A stretch of DNA of 64,000 nucleotides, taken from assembly GCA_964019335.1 (NCBI GenBank), contig OZ025727.1, forward strand, positions 186,001 to 250,000, given 5' to 3'. A program made the position numbers and the translations under genes. The number at the start of each line of letters is the position of its first letter. The stretch's first letter is position 1. The stretch is from Diplonema japonicum. Its lineage: Eukaryota > Protista > Euglenozoa: Diplonemea. Below the pieces are notes generated by a model. It was not told the DNA's origin. It saw nothing but the letters and a program-made list of their open reading frames with translations, and ran no database searches. Positions 11,544-23,163 of the stretch are shown in pieces.

Positions 11544-12175
11544 AGAACGAAAAAAAAACCCCCCCTACCCTAGAGAGATGAGAGGGGGGTACCCTTTACC
11601 TAACATCCCGACGACCACAATCCTGGTTCAGACCTTCATTATGCATTATATTCTCTGCCGCAGACCCTCTCGAACAAGCTCGATATTAAGTAGACAGAGA
11701 CAAAGGGCATTCAAAAACAGGATTCTCATCTCTTTTTTTTTTTTTCCCCTCTTTTTATTTCTTTATTTTTTTTATTATCTCTTTTAGAGGTTAGAACTCA
11801 CTGTTCCAAAAAAAGGAAAAGAAAAAAGAATGCACGGATAGAACTGGTTTCCCCCCCCCCCCTTTTTTTGTTCTCTTTTGTTTCTCCCCATTCTTTTCCC
11901 CTCTTCTTTAAATAGAAGGTTGGTGTACCTTCGCAGTAAAAAAAAAAAAAAAAAAAAGCAAACAAAAAAGAAAAAACACAAAAAAGAAAAAAGAGAAAAT
12001 ACATAAGCCTCCACATTTCGTTCCGTTTCCCCCCCCCCCTTTTTTTTAAATTCTGTTATTTGTTCTTTTTCGAAAAGCAAGATGAGAACGAGGGGAGGTG
12101 GGAGAGGAGTTTTTTGGTAAAACCTTCTTTACAACAGGCATGAAGGGCTGTTATCCATTCTTTGTTCGTGTGTGT

Positions 12176-12208
12176 GGGGGTGGGGGTGGGGGTGGGGGTG
12201 GGGGGGGA
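12176..12208 (+). repeat. (GGGGGT)n G-rich microsatellite, G-quadruplex-capable
   Basis: GGGGGTGGGGGTGGGGGTGGGGGTGGGGGGG. Confidence 0.8.
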
Positions 12209-12401
12209 AGCTCTTTTCAAAAGACGAGAAAGTGTGATATTATATATTTTTTTATTAAAAAAAATGCAAAAACTGCCAAACAAAACTCTAGGTAACAGTC
12301 CCTGGACGGGTGGACATGGGAATGACAGAGGCTTCTTCCCTCAGATTTTTTCGTGGACTCCAACGCTTTGAAGAATCAAGGAAAAATAATAATAATATTA
12401 A

Positions 12402-14204
12402 CCATCTACCAACGGACCATTTTTGCCCACCAGGGGGTAAATTTTCAAAACTTCAAAAAAAGCTATTCTAGCGCAACGCCGGGGCTATATGCCCCCGAAA
12501 ATGCCTCCAGATGTCCCAATTCTAGAGAGAGGGTGCCCACAGCAGGGCCCACCCCCACAACATTGTCAAAAATATCGTTCCTGAAGTGCTCGAGAGGGGA
12601 TACAAAAAACAAGTCAAAAAAAATCGACTGTATAATTCTATAAAAAGCTATTTAAGGCCTTCTTGTCGCGGTTCGTACGTGCCCCAGGGCTGGGGGACTT
12701 CTTTTTGACCCCGAGAGGGGTTTCTGGGGGGTATCCCCGGCAAGGTGGCAGTCTTTGAAGCACGGAGTCACGCAAAGTTGTACCAAGCAGGCTGAACACT
12801 GAAATAGGGGTCTTTTCGACTTGAAATGCTTGCACCGCACGTTGCACTACTTTTTCGGGGAAATGGTCCCAGAAGGTACTGTCACGGCGCATTGGGGTCT
12901 CAGAGCACTCGTTCTGTGTTTCGGGGCATGGTATTGGGGCAGCCTGCTCTGTAGTTGACTTTATCTGTTGTTTAGACTGCCTCCCTAGTAGCCCTTCGAT
13001 GACTGCCTCTTTGAAAGGCGTCAATACACTGTCGTTCGTACTCAGGGCGTTGGGGGGCAAGGCTTCTTTCCAAACAAGCCAAGCATTCGCCAGAGATTTA
13101 CCTAACAAGTACGAAAATACTTTTAGGGGCCACTTTTAAGTCATAAGGGTGCGTTTATGGCGTTTTGTCACAGCATCACCCAGCGTCGGTTCCGCCCATT
13201 GCGGTGTTGTAAATATGCACTTGGTGGGGAACAAGATGTCCTTTCCGGCTTTCATTCTCTTTTGGCGGACGGTCAAATTCGACTTCACCGGAACATCCAA
13301 CGTCGATAGAAAGCACACAGGCTTGATGTCATGCCACGTTGTGGTGCAAAGGATGCTCGCGTGCTGGTGGAACTGGGTGTCCCCACGGGATGCGCGTCCT
13401 TGGCATGCGGCCTCGCTTCTTTGGGGCATCCATGATCTCCGGGAGGCCTTCGCGATAGGTAGAAGTCAGCACGCTTGTTTGTTTCGCTGTGGAAACACAG
13501 ATTTCCCAGAATAGTCAAAAAGCGGTCTCTTGACATGACGGTGGCGTACCCAGGTGTAGTTGAGAAACGTGGAGCCAGTGCACCAGTAATCAGAATAATC
13601 TGGCTTGATATCCAAGTCCATCGACAAAAGGACACCTAGGAAGGTACGCAGAGAAGCAGCATCGAGATCCAGGGAGACACCTTTTTTAGCCGCATTTGCC
13701 ACATTGTTCGAAGTTATGACCCGAATAAAGTTTGGACGAGCATTTGGGAGAATATATGGAATGGCGTTGAGCCTCTGATGTCAAAACAGGGTCCACAAGG
13801 ATTCCGATCTTCACGAAACCGGATGCCTTCCAACTGCTCCGGCTTTGCCGTCCAATCACCCTGCTGTGACTCGGAATCGGTCGAATTCGTGTCAGAATCA
13901 CTGTTTGTATCAAAATTGCATAATAGGGATGAGCCATCAGTGCTGCCATCACTCATAACGTCCTCTTCCGGCCTCTTTCCGGGCGCCTTTTTTTGAAGTG
14001 ATTTTTAAGGGTAAATTTGGGCTGGCGTTTTTTTTTATTTTTTCATTTTCTTGTTAAGTTAGGGCAGCATTTAGTTTATATTTTTCATATTTTCCGCGCA
14101 GGACCCCGCCGGCAAGAAAGGGCCGGGCCGTATTGCATTGAAAGCCCTTTGCGTAAAAGATTTTTTTTCAAATCGTCTATATATAGACGCTCGTTGATAG
14201 ATGG
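12402..14204 (-). mobile_element. piggyBac-superfamily transposon, internally deleted and frameshifted, copy 1
   Basis: TTAA|CCATCTACCAACG ... CGTTGATAGATGG|TTAA. Minus-strand transposase remnants MSRDRFLTILGNLCF, WHDIKPVCFLST, YN..MGG.D..D, and Cys-rich CxxC tail (RCKHFKSKRPLFQCSACLVQLCVTPCF). Confidence 0.92.
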
Positions 14205-14311
14205 TTAAAAAAAAAAAAAAAAAAGAAGGAAAAAAAGAAGGAGAAAAAAAAAAAGAAAAAAAAAAAGCGAACTACAAAAGTTCAAACTATTATTACTTAT
14301 CCAAATTAGTA

Positions 14312-14347
<36 letters not shown>

Positions 14348-14514
14348 ATAATTCATATGAATTGCAGAAGAAAAGACGCGTTGACCAACGACGCAAAGGG
14401 AGCATTTAATAGACAGTTGTACTTTTTTCTTTTTTTTTTTTTCGGATTTTTTCTTTCTCAACAAAAAAAAAAGAGTAATGGGGGGGGGGAAGGTGGGGAA
14501 AAAAAAAAAAAAAA

Positions 14515-15408
14515 ATGCTAAACCCCACCATCTTCTTCCTGGCGCTCTGCACCACTACAACGGCCACCGAGTACTCACTAAGCTCAGCTGGTTGCCCTTC
14601 CTTAGCCATGGGCTTCTTCGGGAGCTCCCAAAAGAACCTGTACTACTCAATGAAGAAGCGCGTTTTCGGGCAAGACCTTCAAATCGACTCGTTAATAACC
14701 GAATACACCCTGTGGAAAGACTCGGGAAAGGGCGCGATAAACTTCCTAGTGGGAAAGGAAGGAACGGGAAAATCAGAGATCGCTGCGGTACTGCTGGAAC
14801 ACGACAAAGGGGTCAAGGTTATCAAGGAGGATGTGTACAGCATTGAAAGCACCGTTGCAAACCTCAAAGAGGTGTTTGGACAGAACAGCCAACCCTTGAA
14901 AGTCATAGTATTTGATAATGCAGAGGACCTAGTAGTCAGTAAAATACTTCGTATGCTAACAGCGGACGCGGGGATTTCTTTTGGGAAAGCCTTCATCGTC
15001 ATCATCCACAACAACGTGCTTAACGCGGCTGAGTACAATGTCTTTGCGGCAACTAAACCGACTGTTATCACTCTTACACCTCTGAACGACTTGCCCTCAA
15101 TCCACCATGTTTCTCACTTCCTTTTACAGCAGCAGCTCTGCTCCCGGGGCATGTCTCGTCTCACCTATACCAAAACCTTCATCGAAAAGATCCAGTCTCG
15201 ACACACGCGCACATTCTCGGCAAAAGAAACAACTCAAATTCTCACCGCAGTGGTGGCCACGTTGTTTTCCTATGTTGGGCATATTGATGGTCTGCAGGAG
15301 GCAACGTTGGACGGGACGTCCGGTTTTGCCGTTATCGCAAAAGGGGAGCGGTATTCCCTCACCGAGGAGGACATCAAAGCTTTTTTTTCATTGTGGTGGC
15401 CGGGGTAA
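14515..15408 (+). CDS. Torsin-like AAA+ ATPase with signal peptide
   Basis: Signal peptide, 'RVFGQ' motif, Walker A GKEGTGKS, Walker B VIVFDNAE. Confidence 0.65.
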   Translation: MLNPTIFFLALCTTTTATEYSLSSAGCPSLAMGFFGSSQKNLYYSMKKRVFGQDLQIDSLITEYTLWKDSGKGAINFLVGKEGTGKSEIAAVLLEHDKGVKVIKEDVYSIESTVANLKEVFGQNSQPLKVIVFDNAEDLVVSKILRMLTADAGISFGKAFIVIIHNNVLNAAEYNVFAATKPTVITLTPLNDLPSIHHVSHFLLQQQLCSRGMSRLTYTKTFIEKIQSRHTRTFSAKETTQILTAVVATLFSYVGHIDGLQEATLDGTSGFAVIAKGERYSLTEEDIKAFFSLWWPG

Positions 15409-15476
15409 CAAGGGGGGGGGGGGGGGGGAGTGTTTTTTTTATTTAATTGGGCAAAGTTACTTATGAAGAGAATTTC

Positions 15477-15514
<38 letters not shown>

Positions 15515-15741
15515 CTTTGCATTTTTTACGAGAATAAATGCAAGGTAAATTTTGGCTTTTTTTTTTTTTTACTCTTGAGCCATTTTCCGGGGGTGTTCGT
15601 CTTCATCTTTTTTTTTTTTTTTGGGGACCAATGTTTCCAACCTCCCTGTGGTGGTTCCTGGTAATTGTGGTTTGGAGAAACACAAGCGAAAGGGAAACTC
15701 TCGTTCTAAAGCCGTACACGTGGGGAAACCTGGACGGGGGT

Positions 15742-16026
15742 GACATTTAGGAGCATCACAGACCTGCTATTGGCTCGCTCTTCCGCGTGCTAGAGACGCA
15801 CGCAGTCCCCAGAAGTATTGCACCGTCTCGGGCAGATGTATGTCCCCACGAAGGTTAATCAACGTACCCTAAACGACAGTACCTATTTAAGGGTCGAGAT
15901 CTCGTTCGTTAACGGAATCAACCAGACAAATCACTCCACCAACCAGGAGCGGCCATGCACCACCACACAATGGATCGAGAAAGAGCTCTCAATCTGTCAA
16001 TCCTTACATTGTCCTGACCTAGTAAA
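15742..16026 (-). pseudogene. Isolated ~285-nt fragment of 18S (SSU) rRNA, around the V7 region
   Basis: The reverse complement contains GGATTGACAGATTGAGAGCTCTTTCTCGAT, GGTGGTGCATGGCCG, GGTGGAGTGATTTGTCTGGTTGATTCCGTTAACGAACGAGATC and CAATAGCAGGTCTGTGATGCTC. No flanking rDNA. Confidence 0.93.
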
Positions 16027-16055
16027 ATATGGAGAGCCCACCCTACGCGTGGCGC

Positions 16056-16335
16056 CAGTTAGCATCGCCCTCAACGGAGAGTCCCTTATCCCATTACATC
16101 GAACAAGGAGGTGGCTTCACCAGGTCAGGCAAGTAGCCTCCCCGCGGTTTCGTGCCAGTGAAGCTAGCCTCCCACAACTCTCCAGTTGGTGTTTAATTGC
16201 TTCTGTGGCCCCTCTCCCTATTTCAATTTCCAAGCTTTCTTTACCTCTCCACTTTTACTTTCTACGGGACCACAGGGGACTTGGGAGGTTTCACAAGGGT
16301 GGCCGCTGTGTCACATACTGCATGGCACCACTAAA
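16056..16335. repeat. Dispersed degenerate repeat (copies at 17493-17626 and 29890-29985)
   Basis: Shared CAGTTAGCA-CGCCCTCAA-GGAGAGT, TATCCCATTACA-TCGAACAAGGAGGT, GTGCCAGTGAAGC and CCACAGGGGACT blocks. Confidence 0.75.
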
Positions 16336-16491
16336 ATCGAGACAACTTTTTTTTTGAATCCGCTAAGAACATTCTTCGTAAATAGTTATTTTTTTGTCTT
16401 TTTTTCCTCCTCTTTGCAGAAGAAACCGATCCTTTATTTATTTTTTTTTTTTGAAAAAAGGGGGAATCTTAAAGAAAAAAAAAAAAAAAAA

Positions 16492-17082
16492 ATGCAGCAT
16501 TTTTCAATCCTGGTCGTGACGCCCAACACAGGCACACTGACGGTGCTCGTGGAAGGACACAGCACTGTGCTGATGTTGAAGGAGAAGCTGGCGCAGATGG
16601 AGGGGTTGGATGTGGTTTGCTTCAGGCTAACATGCGGAGGGGAGTTACCTGATGAAGGGAGACTAGTGAAGGAGTACGCCGCCACGGGAACAGAGGAGTT
16701 TGTGATGCAGAAAATTGGCCTGGCCTCCCTTGGGTGGGAAGGTACAAGGGGGGAAGATCTTGTAAGGGTTCTTGAAGGCTACTGGAGGGGCAGTAATCAA
16801 GAACATGCAGCTGCAGACAAGAATTACTTCGAGGTTCTGACAGCAATGCTGGAGGAAGGAGTGTGTGGTAACAGCCAGGGAGAGCTCAAAGCGCTCTTCC
16901 ACAGCATAATCTGGTGCGGCTTCGTCCTTTGTACAGAACTTTTCATTAGCTACCACCCTGGACTTTGCGATAGTTCTGCGATAAACCTAGCGGCAACCAG
17001 GGGATATTGGGGGCTCGTCCAGTCTTTAAAACAAAATTCTCCCCATGAAACCAACAAGCGCCTTCGGCCATTGCTCGCCTGA
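16492..17082 (+). CDS. Ubiquitin-like N-terminal domain plus degenerate ankyrin-like C-terminus
   Basis: ATG after A-tract. FSILVVTPNTGTLTVLVEGHSTVLMLKEKLAQMEG...FRL..GGEL.D fits a Ubl pattern. AINLAATRGYWGLVQSL is ankyrin-like. Confidence 0.65.
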   Translation: MQHFSILVVTPNTGTLTVLVEGHSTVLMLKEKLAQMEGLDVVCFRLTCGGELPDEGRLVKEYAATGTEEFVMQKIGLASLGWEGTRGEDLVRVLEGYWRGSNQEHAAADKNYFEVLTAMLEEGVCGNSQGELKALFHSIIWCGFVLCTELFISYHPGLCDSSAINLAATRGYWGLVQSLKQNSPHETNKRLRPLLA

Positions 17083-17492
17083 ATTTCTTTTTTTTTTCTT
17101 TTTTTTTCGTGTTTTCGTTCAATCGGAAAAAACAAAACAAAAAAAGGGGGGGGGGGAATGTTGGCTCATAAACACCAGGTCAGGTTTTCCATCTTTTTTT
17201 TTTTTTTTTTTTAGTGTTTATCTATCTCCCCCTTTTTTCCAGGGGAAACAAGAGAATACCTCTCTTCAATTCCCGCCCCTTTTTTTTTTCTTGTCTATAG
17301 TTTATTCCTTCAATTTTTCTTTGCAAGAAGACTGGGCCGCACAAAGGCCTGCCAATGGGTGAGGGGGGGTTGTTTGAAAGTTGTAAAAGGGGGCCAAAGG
17401 GGGATACAAAGCTAGCTTGACCTTCCCATGCGTCGCGCAGATATTAGTTCCGGGCATTCTCCTTTTTTTTTTTCTTAACTTTGAGACCCCCC

Positions 17493-17626
17493 CAACTGGG
17501 AGGTCCTTTATCCCATTACACTCGAACAAGGAGGTAGTTTCACTGCCGAGCAAGTGGTATGTGCCAGTAAAAGGCCTCCCACAGGTCCACAGGGGACTGC
17601 GGAGGCACAAAGGTGGCCACTAAAAT
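17493..17626. repeat. Copy of the 16056 dispersed repeat
   Basis: TTATCCCATTACACTCGAACAAGGAGGT...GTGCCAGT...CCACAGGGGACT. Confidence 0.7.
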
Positions 17627-18610
17627 TGTCCAGACACACCCCCCTTTCCGGTAGTTTTTTTTTGTACACACAGGCATAATTCTTTCGGGGGGGGGTTTTT
17701 TTTTTAAGTTATGTTACCACCCCACCCCACCCCCCCTCCCCCTTTCCTGTGCCCATAAAAAGTGAACGGAAGGCCAGGTTTCTTTTGTATGTAAGGCCTC
17801 CGTCATGGGTAGTGCAGGGACAGATCCCTTTGAGTGAATTGATGTTCCATCAGGGCGATCTTATTTTATTTTTAAAAAAGAAAGAAAAAAAAAGAAGAAG
17901 AACCAGAAATTCCAACGAAATCGAACCAAGAGGTTTGATTGCTTTTGCTGGAACCTCTCTTCTATTTATTTTATATTTCTTTTTTTATGCGTGATTCTTT
18001 TTTTTTCTTCCCGAGGTCGGTGAAAGCGGTGCGAAGCTGGACGAAGACTTGGTTGGGTCAAAAAAAACATTAAAAATATATCACGATTGAGGTTCTTATC
18101 GAACGGATGGTTGAACACAAATCTGTTGGCTGACATATTGAGAGATGCTCTAACTTCTGCAGAGGCAATGAGAAATGCCCACACAAACCTTCGATCACAA
18201 AAAAAAAAAAAAAAAAAAAAAAAAGAAACTGCTCCATAAAGAAAGCTAGCTGAGGATGGAACAAAAATAAATAGTGTTGCGAAGTGTGCGAAAAAAACAA
18301 AAAAAAAAAAAGAAGGTATTGGAGGACACGGGGGAGTTGCTACTCCATGTTAAATGCAGATACTTCTTGGCAAAAAGACTTGTCGTGGAAGAGAGAGTTG
18401 GATTGAAGAAAAACTAAGCTACCGAACTGGACGCGGGGGTGCGGCGTTCTCTTTTTTTTTTTTTTTTCTTCTTCTCTTCCTTTGTCTATTATTCGATTTC
18501 TTATTGATCTTTTTTTTTTTTTTTTTTTTTTCCTCTTTTTTTTTTTGCCCCAAAAAAATATTCTCTAAAAAAAAAAAAGGATCTAAAAACCTTGCACGTG
18601 CTGTTCACAC

Positions 18611-20776
18611 ATGAGACCACTACAAGAATACGCGCCTTTTCGATGGGCAATGCGCCCTGGGGACACCCCGCAAGAAATCTTCAACAAGAAGTACATGGTG
18701 TTCAGTGTGATGCTATTTCTCCCAAGGCATCTCTCTCCCTTGATCCTTTCCGCCATGGGGCTGGTGCTCGTCCCCACCCTCATCAATGTAACCAACGTCA
18801 TCGTGCTCTTCTCAACCGTGTTAGTTATAGCTGAACTCTGTCTGGGAAAGTCCCGGCCGGAGGTTCTCGAGCTTGTGGGGTATCTAGTCGTTCTCGCAAT
18901 CCTCCTAGGTTATTACTACCTGTCTTGCTATTCAAATGTAATAGTTGCAAATTACACTGAAATTCTCTTTATCATCTGTGCGGGTCTCATGGTCCGCGTA
19001 CCTGAAAGGGCCTTGCGGAACGTTGTCGCTGTATGGCTACTCTGGATCGCTGTCAGTTTGTTTGAAATGCTTTTCGGGTTTGGCTTCCATGATGCCTGGT
19101 TTACCCCAACACAAGAAGAACGGCGAGAGGCTCTGAAACAGTATCTGGATTGCGACAAGTTCCCTTGTTCCCCCGGCCTGATGTCGGAGCTGAACCTGTT
19201 TCTCTCCCTCCCGAACTTCCTCTTAGTCGTTTACTTCATAAGATCCTTCGCGAACGGGATGTACAGCGAGCAGGAAAAGATGGACCGAGTGATCAAGACT
19301 GCAGAGCACATTGCAGACTCCCTGTCGAAGTTCGACCTCGTGGAGGCAGATGCTGTCCTTGGGAGCTCGGAGCTGCCCGAGCCCCTGCATGCTGCCTTCA
19401 CACGGATCGTTACAAACCTCCAAAGCTACCGTCCTTTCCTTCCCGAGGCCCTCTTCTCGGAGCCTCAGTCGGCCCATGGGACATCCCCCGACGAGCCCCC
19501 CGCCCCCGGCCTCGTGGCGCAGCGTGTTGCAATGGTGTTCACAGACATCCAGGGATCAACGGCAACGTGGGAGGCATGTCCCGAGGGGATGAAGGAAGGC
19601 CTTCGGGTGCACAACAAGGTCATGCGGGAGTGTGCTGCAGCGTGGAACGGGTACGAGGTGAAGACGATCGGGGACGCCTTCATGGTCGCCTTCGAGAGGA
19701 CCTGCGACGCTGTGTCCTTCGCACTGTCAGCTCAAGAGAGCCTTGTTGAGGCGGCTTGGCCTGCTGCACTGCTGCAGCTGGAGTACTGCGCCTACAATGA
19801 CTACGGACCGTGGTGCGGACTGAAGGTGCGGATCGGGGTGCACTGCGGTGCGGTAGACGTGCAGCTGAACAACTTGACTGGCAGGTACGACTACTTCGGG
19901 AACACCATCAACAAGGCAGCCCGTATAGAGGGAGCTTGTTTAGAAGGAACGGTGGCGGTGACACCCGAAGTGATGGACGAGCTACTGGAGAGGGAGGAGC
20001 TGGAGGGGCTGAAAGCAGAGGTGATCCCAATGAGGTCGATACAGCTGAAAGGGATTGAGGAGCCTGTGCAGCCCTTCCTCCTCCTCCCGCTGTCACTGGT
20101 GGAACGCCGTACCTTTGTCGAGTCGCAGCTGCACCTCAGCAAAGAAGAACGGAAGCTGGCGGTGGACAGCATCACGAACAGCGCCCCCATGCAGAACCCT
20201 GCAACCCTGAAGGTCGCGCCTCTTGCGACAGTGTGCAAGGCGGAGGTGGACCTAGCGACAGATAACAGCTTTGAAGTGACGCACGTTCTGAATGAGCTGT
20301 TGGCGAAGGTGATGCTGTGTGGAGAGCGCACGCAAGGGGTGCTTATCTCCCTGCAAGGCTGCAGGATGGCTCTTGGATGGAACGCCTCGCGCCCTTGTCC
20401 CTCGCATGTGGAGAGTGCTTTCGTCTTTGTGAGCATGCTTCACCAATCATACGGGAATGAGGATGTGGGCCCTGTTCACCTTGGGCTGTCAAGCAGTTTA
20501 GTTCACCACGGGACGCTTGGAGGAGGGAACCAGCGGTTCATGGCTGTCGCAGGGAGCTGTGTATGGGTGAGCGATGCCCTGTGCTCGATGGGGATGAAAC
20601 GAGGACTGTACTGCTTGCACGGGTCGCTGGTTCCATCCATGCCAAACATGCGAGCTCCTGGGGTGGTGATGGAGCTCGTGGAAAACGCAAACATCGACGG
20701 TACCATTACTGTACACGAGGTGGTGGTGGTGTACGGGGGTTGGTCCCCTTCTGAACCTGAAAGGGTCAATCCATAG
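18611..20776 (+). CDS. Multi-pass receptor-type class III adenylate cyclase with a second degenerate cyclase domain
   Basis: About 5-6 N-terminal TM segments. Motifs FTDIQGST, YEVKTIGDAFMV, VRIGVHCG, YDYFGNTINKAARIE. Degenerate C-terminal cyclase fold (LGWNA, VHLGLSS, FMAVAGSCV). Confidence 0.92.
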   Translation: MRPLQEYAPFRWAMRPGDTPQEIFNKKYMVFSVMLFLPRHLSPLILSAMGLVLVPTLINVTNVIVLFSTVLVIAELCLGKSRPEVLELVGYLVVLAILLGYYYLSCYSNVIVANYTEILFIICAGLMVRVPERALRNVVAVWLLWIAVSLFEMLFGFGFHDAWFTPTQEERREALKQYLDCDKFPCSPGLMSELNLFLSLPNFLLVVYFIRSFANGMYSEQEKMDRVIKTAEHIADSLSKFDLVEADAVLGSSELPEPLHAAFTRIVTNLQSYRPFLPEALFSEPQSAHGTSPDEPPAPGLVAQRVAMVFTDIQGSTATWEACPEGMKEGLRVHNKVMRECAAAWNGYEVKTIGDAFMVAFERTCDAVSFALSAQESLVEAAWPAALLQLEYCAYNDYGPWCGLKVRIGVHCGAVDVQLNNLTGRYDYFGNTINKAARIEGACLEGTVAVTPEVMDELLEREELEGLKAEVIPMRSIQLKGIEEPVQPFLLLPLSLVERRTFVESQLHLSKEERKLAVDSITNSAPMQNPATLKVAPLATVCKAEVDLATDNSFEVTHVLNELLAKVMLCGERTQGVLISLQGCRMALGWNASRPCPSHVESAFVFVSMLHQSYGNEDVGPVHLGLSSSLVHHGTLGGGNQRFMAVAGSCVWVSDALCSMGMKRGLYCLHGSLVPSMPNMRAPGVVMELVENANIDGTITVHEVVVVYGGWSPSEPERVNP

Positions 20777-21046
20777 TTGCGACATTGGTGAAAGTTTTTT
20801 TGTTTTTTTTTTGTTTTTTTTTCCTACCACGGAAGCAACCTCTGCTTAATTCCTGGTACGTGAGAGGCTCCTCTTGATATCAGTCATTTTTATTCTTTTT
20901 GTCCCTATTTATTCTTTCTACCTTCTTTCCCTTTTCAACAACATTTCAGCTACCAGTACTGACCATGCCCCTTCTTGCCTGAGGCTCACACGGAGTTTGC
21001 ATGTGATTTCCACTTTTTTTTTCTTTTTCTTTTTTAGTCTCTTTAA

Positions 21047-22840
21047 CCATCTACCAACGGACCATTTTTGCCCACCAGGGGGTAAATTTTCAAAACTTCA
21101 AAAAAAGCTATTCCAGCGCAACGCCGGGCTATATGCCCCCGAAAATGCCTCCAGATGTCCCAATTCTAGAGAGAGGGTGCCCACAGCAGGGTCCACCCCC
21201 ACAACATTGTCAAAAATATCGTTCCTGAAGTGCCCGAGAGGGGATACAAAAAACAAGTCAAAAAAAATCGACTGTAAAATTCTATAAAAAGCTATTTAAG
21301 GCCTTCTTGACGCGGTTCGTATGTGCCCCAGGGCTGGGGGACTTCTTTTTGACCCCGAGAGGGGTTTCTGGGGGGTATCCCCGGCAAGGTGGTAGTCTTT
21401 GAAGCACGGAGTCACGCAAAGTTGTACCAAGCAGGCTGAACACTGAAATAGGGGTCTTTTCGACTTGAAATGCTTGCACCGCACGTTGCACTACTTTTTC
21501 GGGGAAATGGTCCCAGAAGGTACTGTCACGGCGCATTGGGGTCTCAGAGCACTCGTTCTGTGTTTCGGGGCATGGTATTGGGGCAGCCTGCTCTGTAGTT
21601 GACTTTATCTGTTGTTTAGACTGCCTCCCTAGTAGCCCTTCGATGACTGCCTCTTTGAAAGGCGTCAATACACTGTCGTTCGTACTCAGGGCGTTGGGGG
21701 GCAAGGCTTCTTTCCAAACAAGCCAAGCATTCGCCAGAGATTTACCTAACAAGTACGAAAATACTTTTAGGGGCCACTTTTAAGTCATAAGGGTGCGTTT
21801 ATGGCGTTTTGTCACAGCATCACCCAGCGTCGGTTCCGCCCATTGCGGTGTTGTAAATATGCACTTGGTGGGGGGCGGGATGTCCTTTCCGGCTTTCATT
21901 CTCTTTTGGCGGACACGTCAAATTCGACTTCACCGGAACATCCAACGTCGATAGAAAGCACGCTGGCATGATGTCATGCCACGTTGTGGTGCAAAGGATG
22001 CTCGCGTGCTGGTGGAACTGGGTGTCCCCACGGGATGCGCGTCCTTGGGCTTGTGGCCTCGCTTCTTTGGGGCATCCATGATCTCCGGGAGGCCTTTGCG
22101 ATAAGTAGAAGTCAGCACGCTTGTTTGTTTCGCTGTGGAAACACAGATTTCCCAGAATAGTCAAAAAGCGGTCTCTTGACATGACGGTGGCGTACCCAGG
22201 GGTGTAGTTGAGAGACGTGGAGCCAGTGCGCCAGTAATCAGAATAATCTGGCTTGATATCCAAGTCCATCGACAAAAGGACACCTAGGAAGGTATGCAGA
22301 GAAGCAGCATCGAGATCCAGGGAGACACCTTTTTAGCCGCATTTGCCACATTGTTCGAAGTTATGACCCGAATAACGTTTGGGACGAGCATTTGGAGAAT
22401 ATATGGTATGGCATTGAGCCTTTGATGTCAAAACAGGGTCCACAAGGATTTCGATCTTCACGAAACCGGATGCCTTCCAACTGCTCCGGCTTTGCCGTCC
22501 AATCACCCTGCTGTGACTCGGAATCGGTCGAATTCGTATCAGAATCACTGTTTGTATCAAAATTGCATAATAGGGATGAGCCATCAGTGCTGCCATCACT
22601 CATAACGTCCTCTTCCAGCCTCTTTCCGGGCGCCTTTTTTGAAGTGATTTTTAAGGGTAAATTTGGGCTGGCGTTTTTTTTCATTTTTTCATTTTCTTGT
22701 TAAGTTAGGGCAGCATTTAGTTTATTTTTTTCATATTTTCCGCGCCGGCAAGAAAGGGCCGGGCCGTATTGCATTGAAAGCCCTTTGTGTATAAGATTCT
22801 TTTTCAAATCGTCTATATATAGACGCTCGTTGATAGATGG
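21047..22840 (-). mobile_element. piggyBac-superfamily transposon, internally deleted, copy 2
   Basis: Same TIRs and TTAA flanks as 12402-14204 and near-identical throughout. Contains HIYNTAMGGTDAG. Confidence 0.92.
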
Positions 22841-23163
22841 TTAAGAGCGCGCCCTCAGAAGGGGAAACAGCACTGGGATGGTCACTGGCCCTGTCACTTC
22901 CCATCACAGTGTATTGCTTTCCCTAACAGAGACGCGCTGCACGAGAGTTTTATTTCTTTTTATTTTGTTGTTTCAATTTCAATTCAAAAAAGAAATACTT
23001 CATTAATTCTTCTAATGTTATTTTTATGTCTTTTTTTTTTTTCTATTTTTTCCATCCGCGCAGCAAAGGTGTTGGCATGAGCCTCACTAGAGCGCGGATG
23101 AGAGCAGTGAGGACCCCCATGCACACTGAAACTTTATCGAATTCCCCCCCCCCTTTTTTTTTC

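Noticed and set aside
12176-12208. Telomere-like repeat
   Set aside because: It is short and not TTAGGG, and G/C homopolymers are ubiquitous here.
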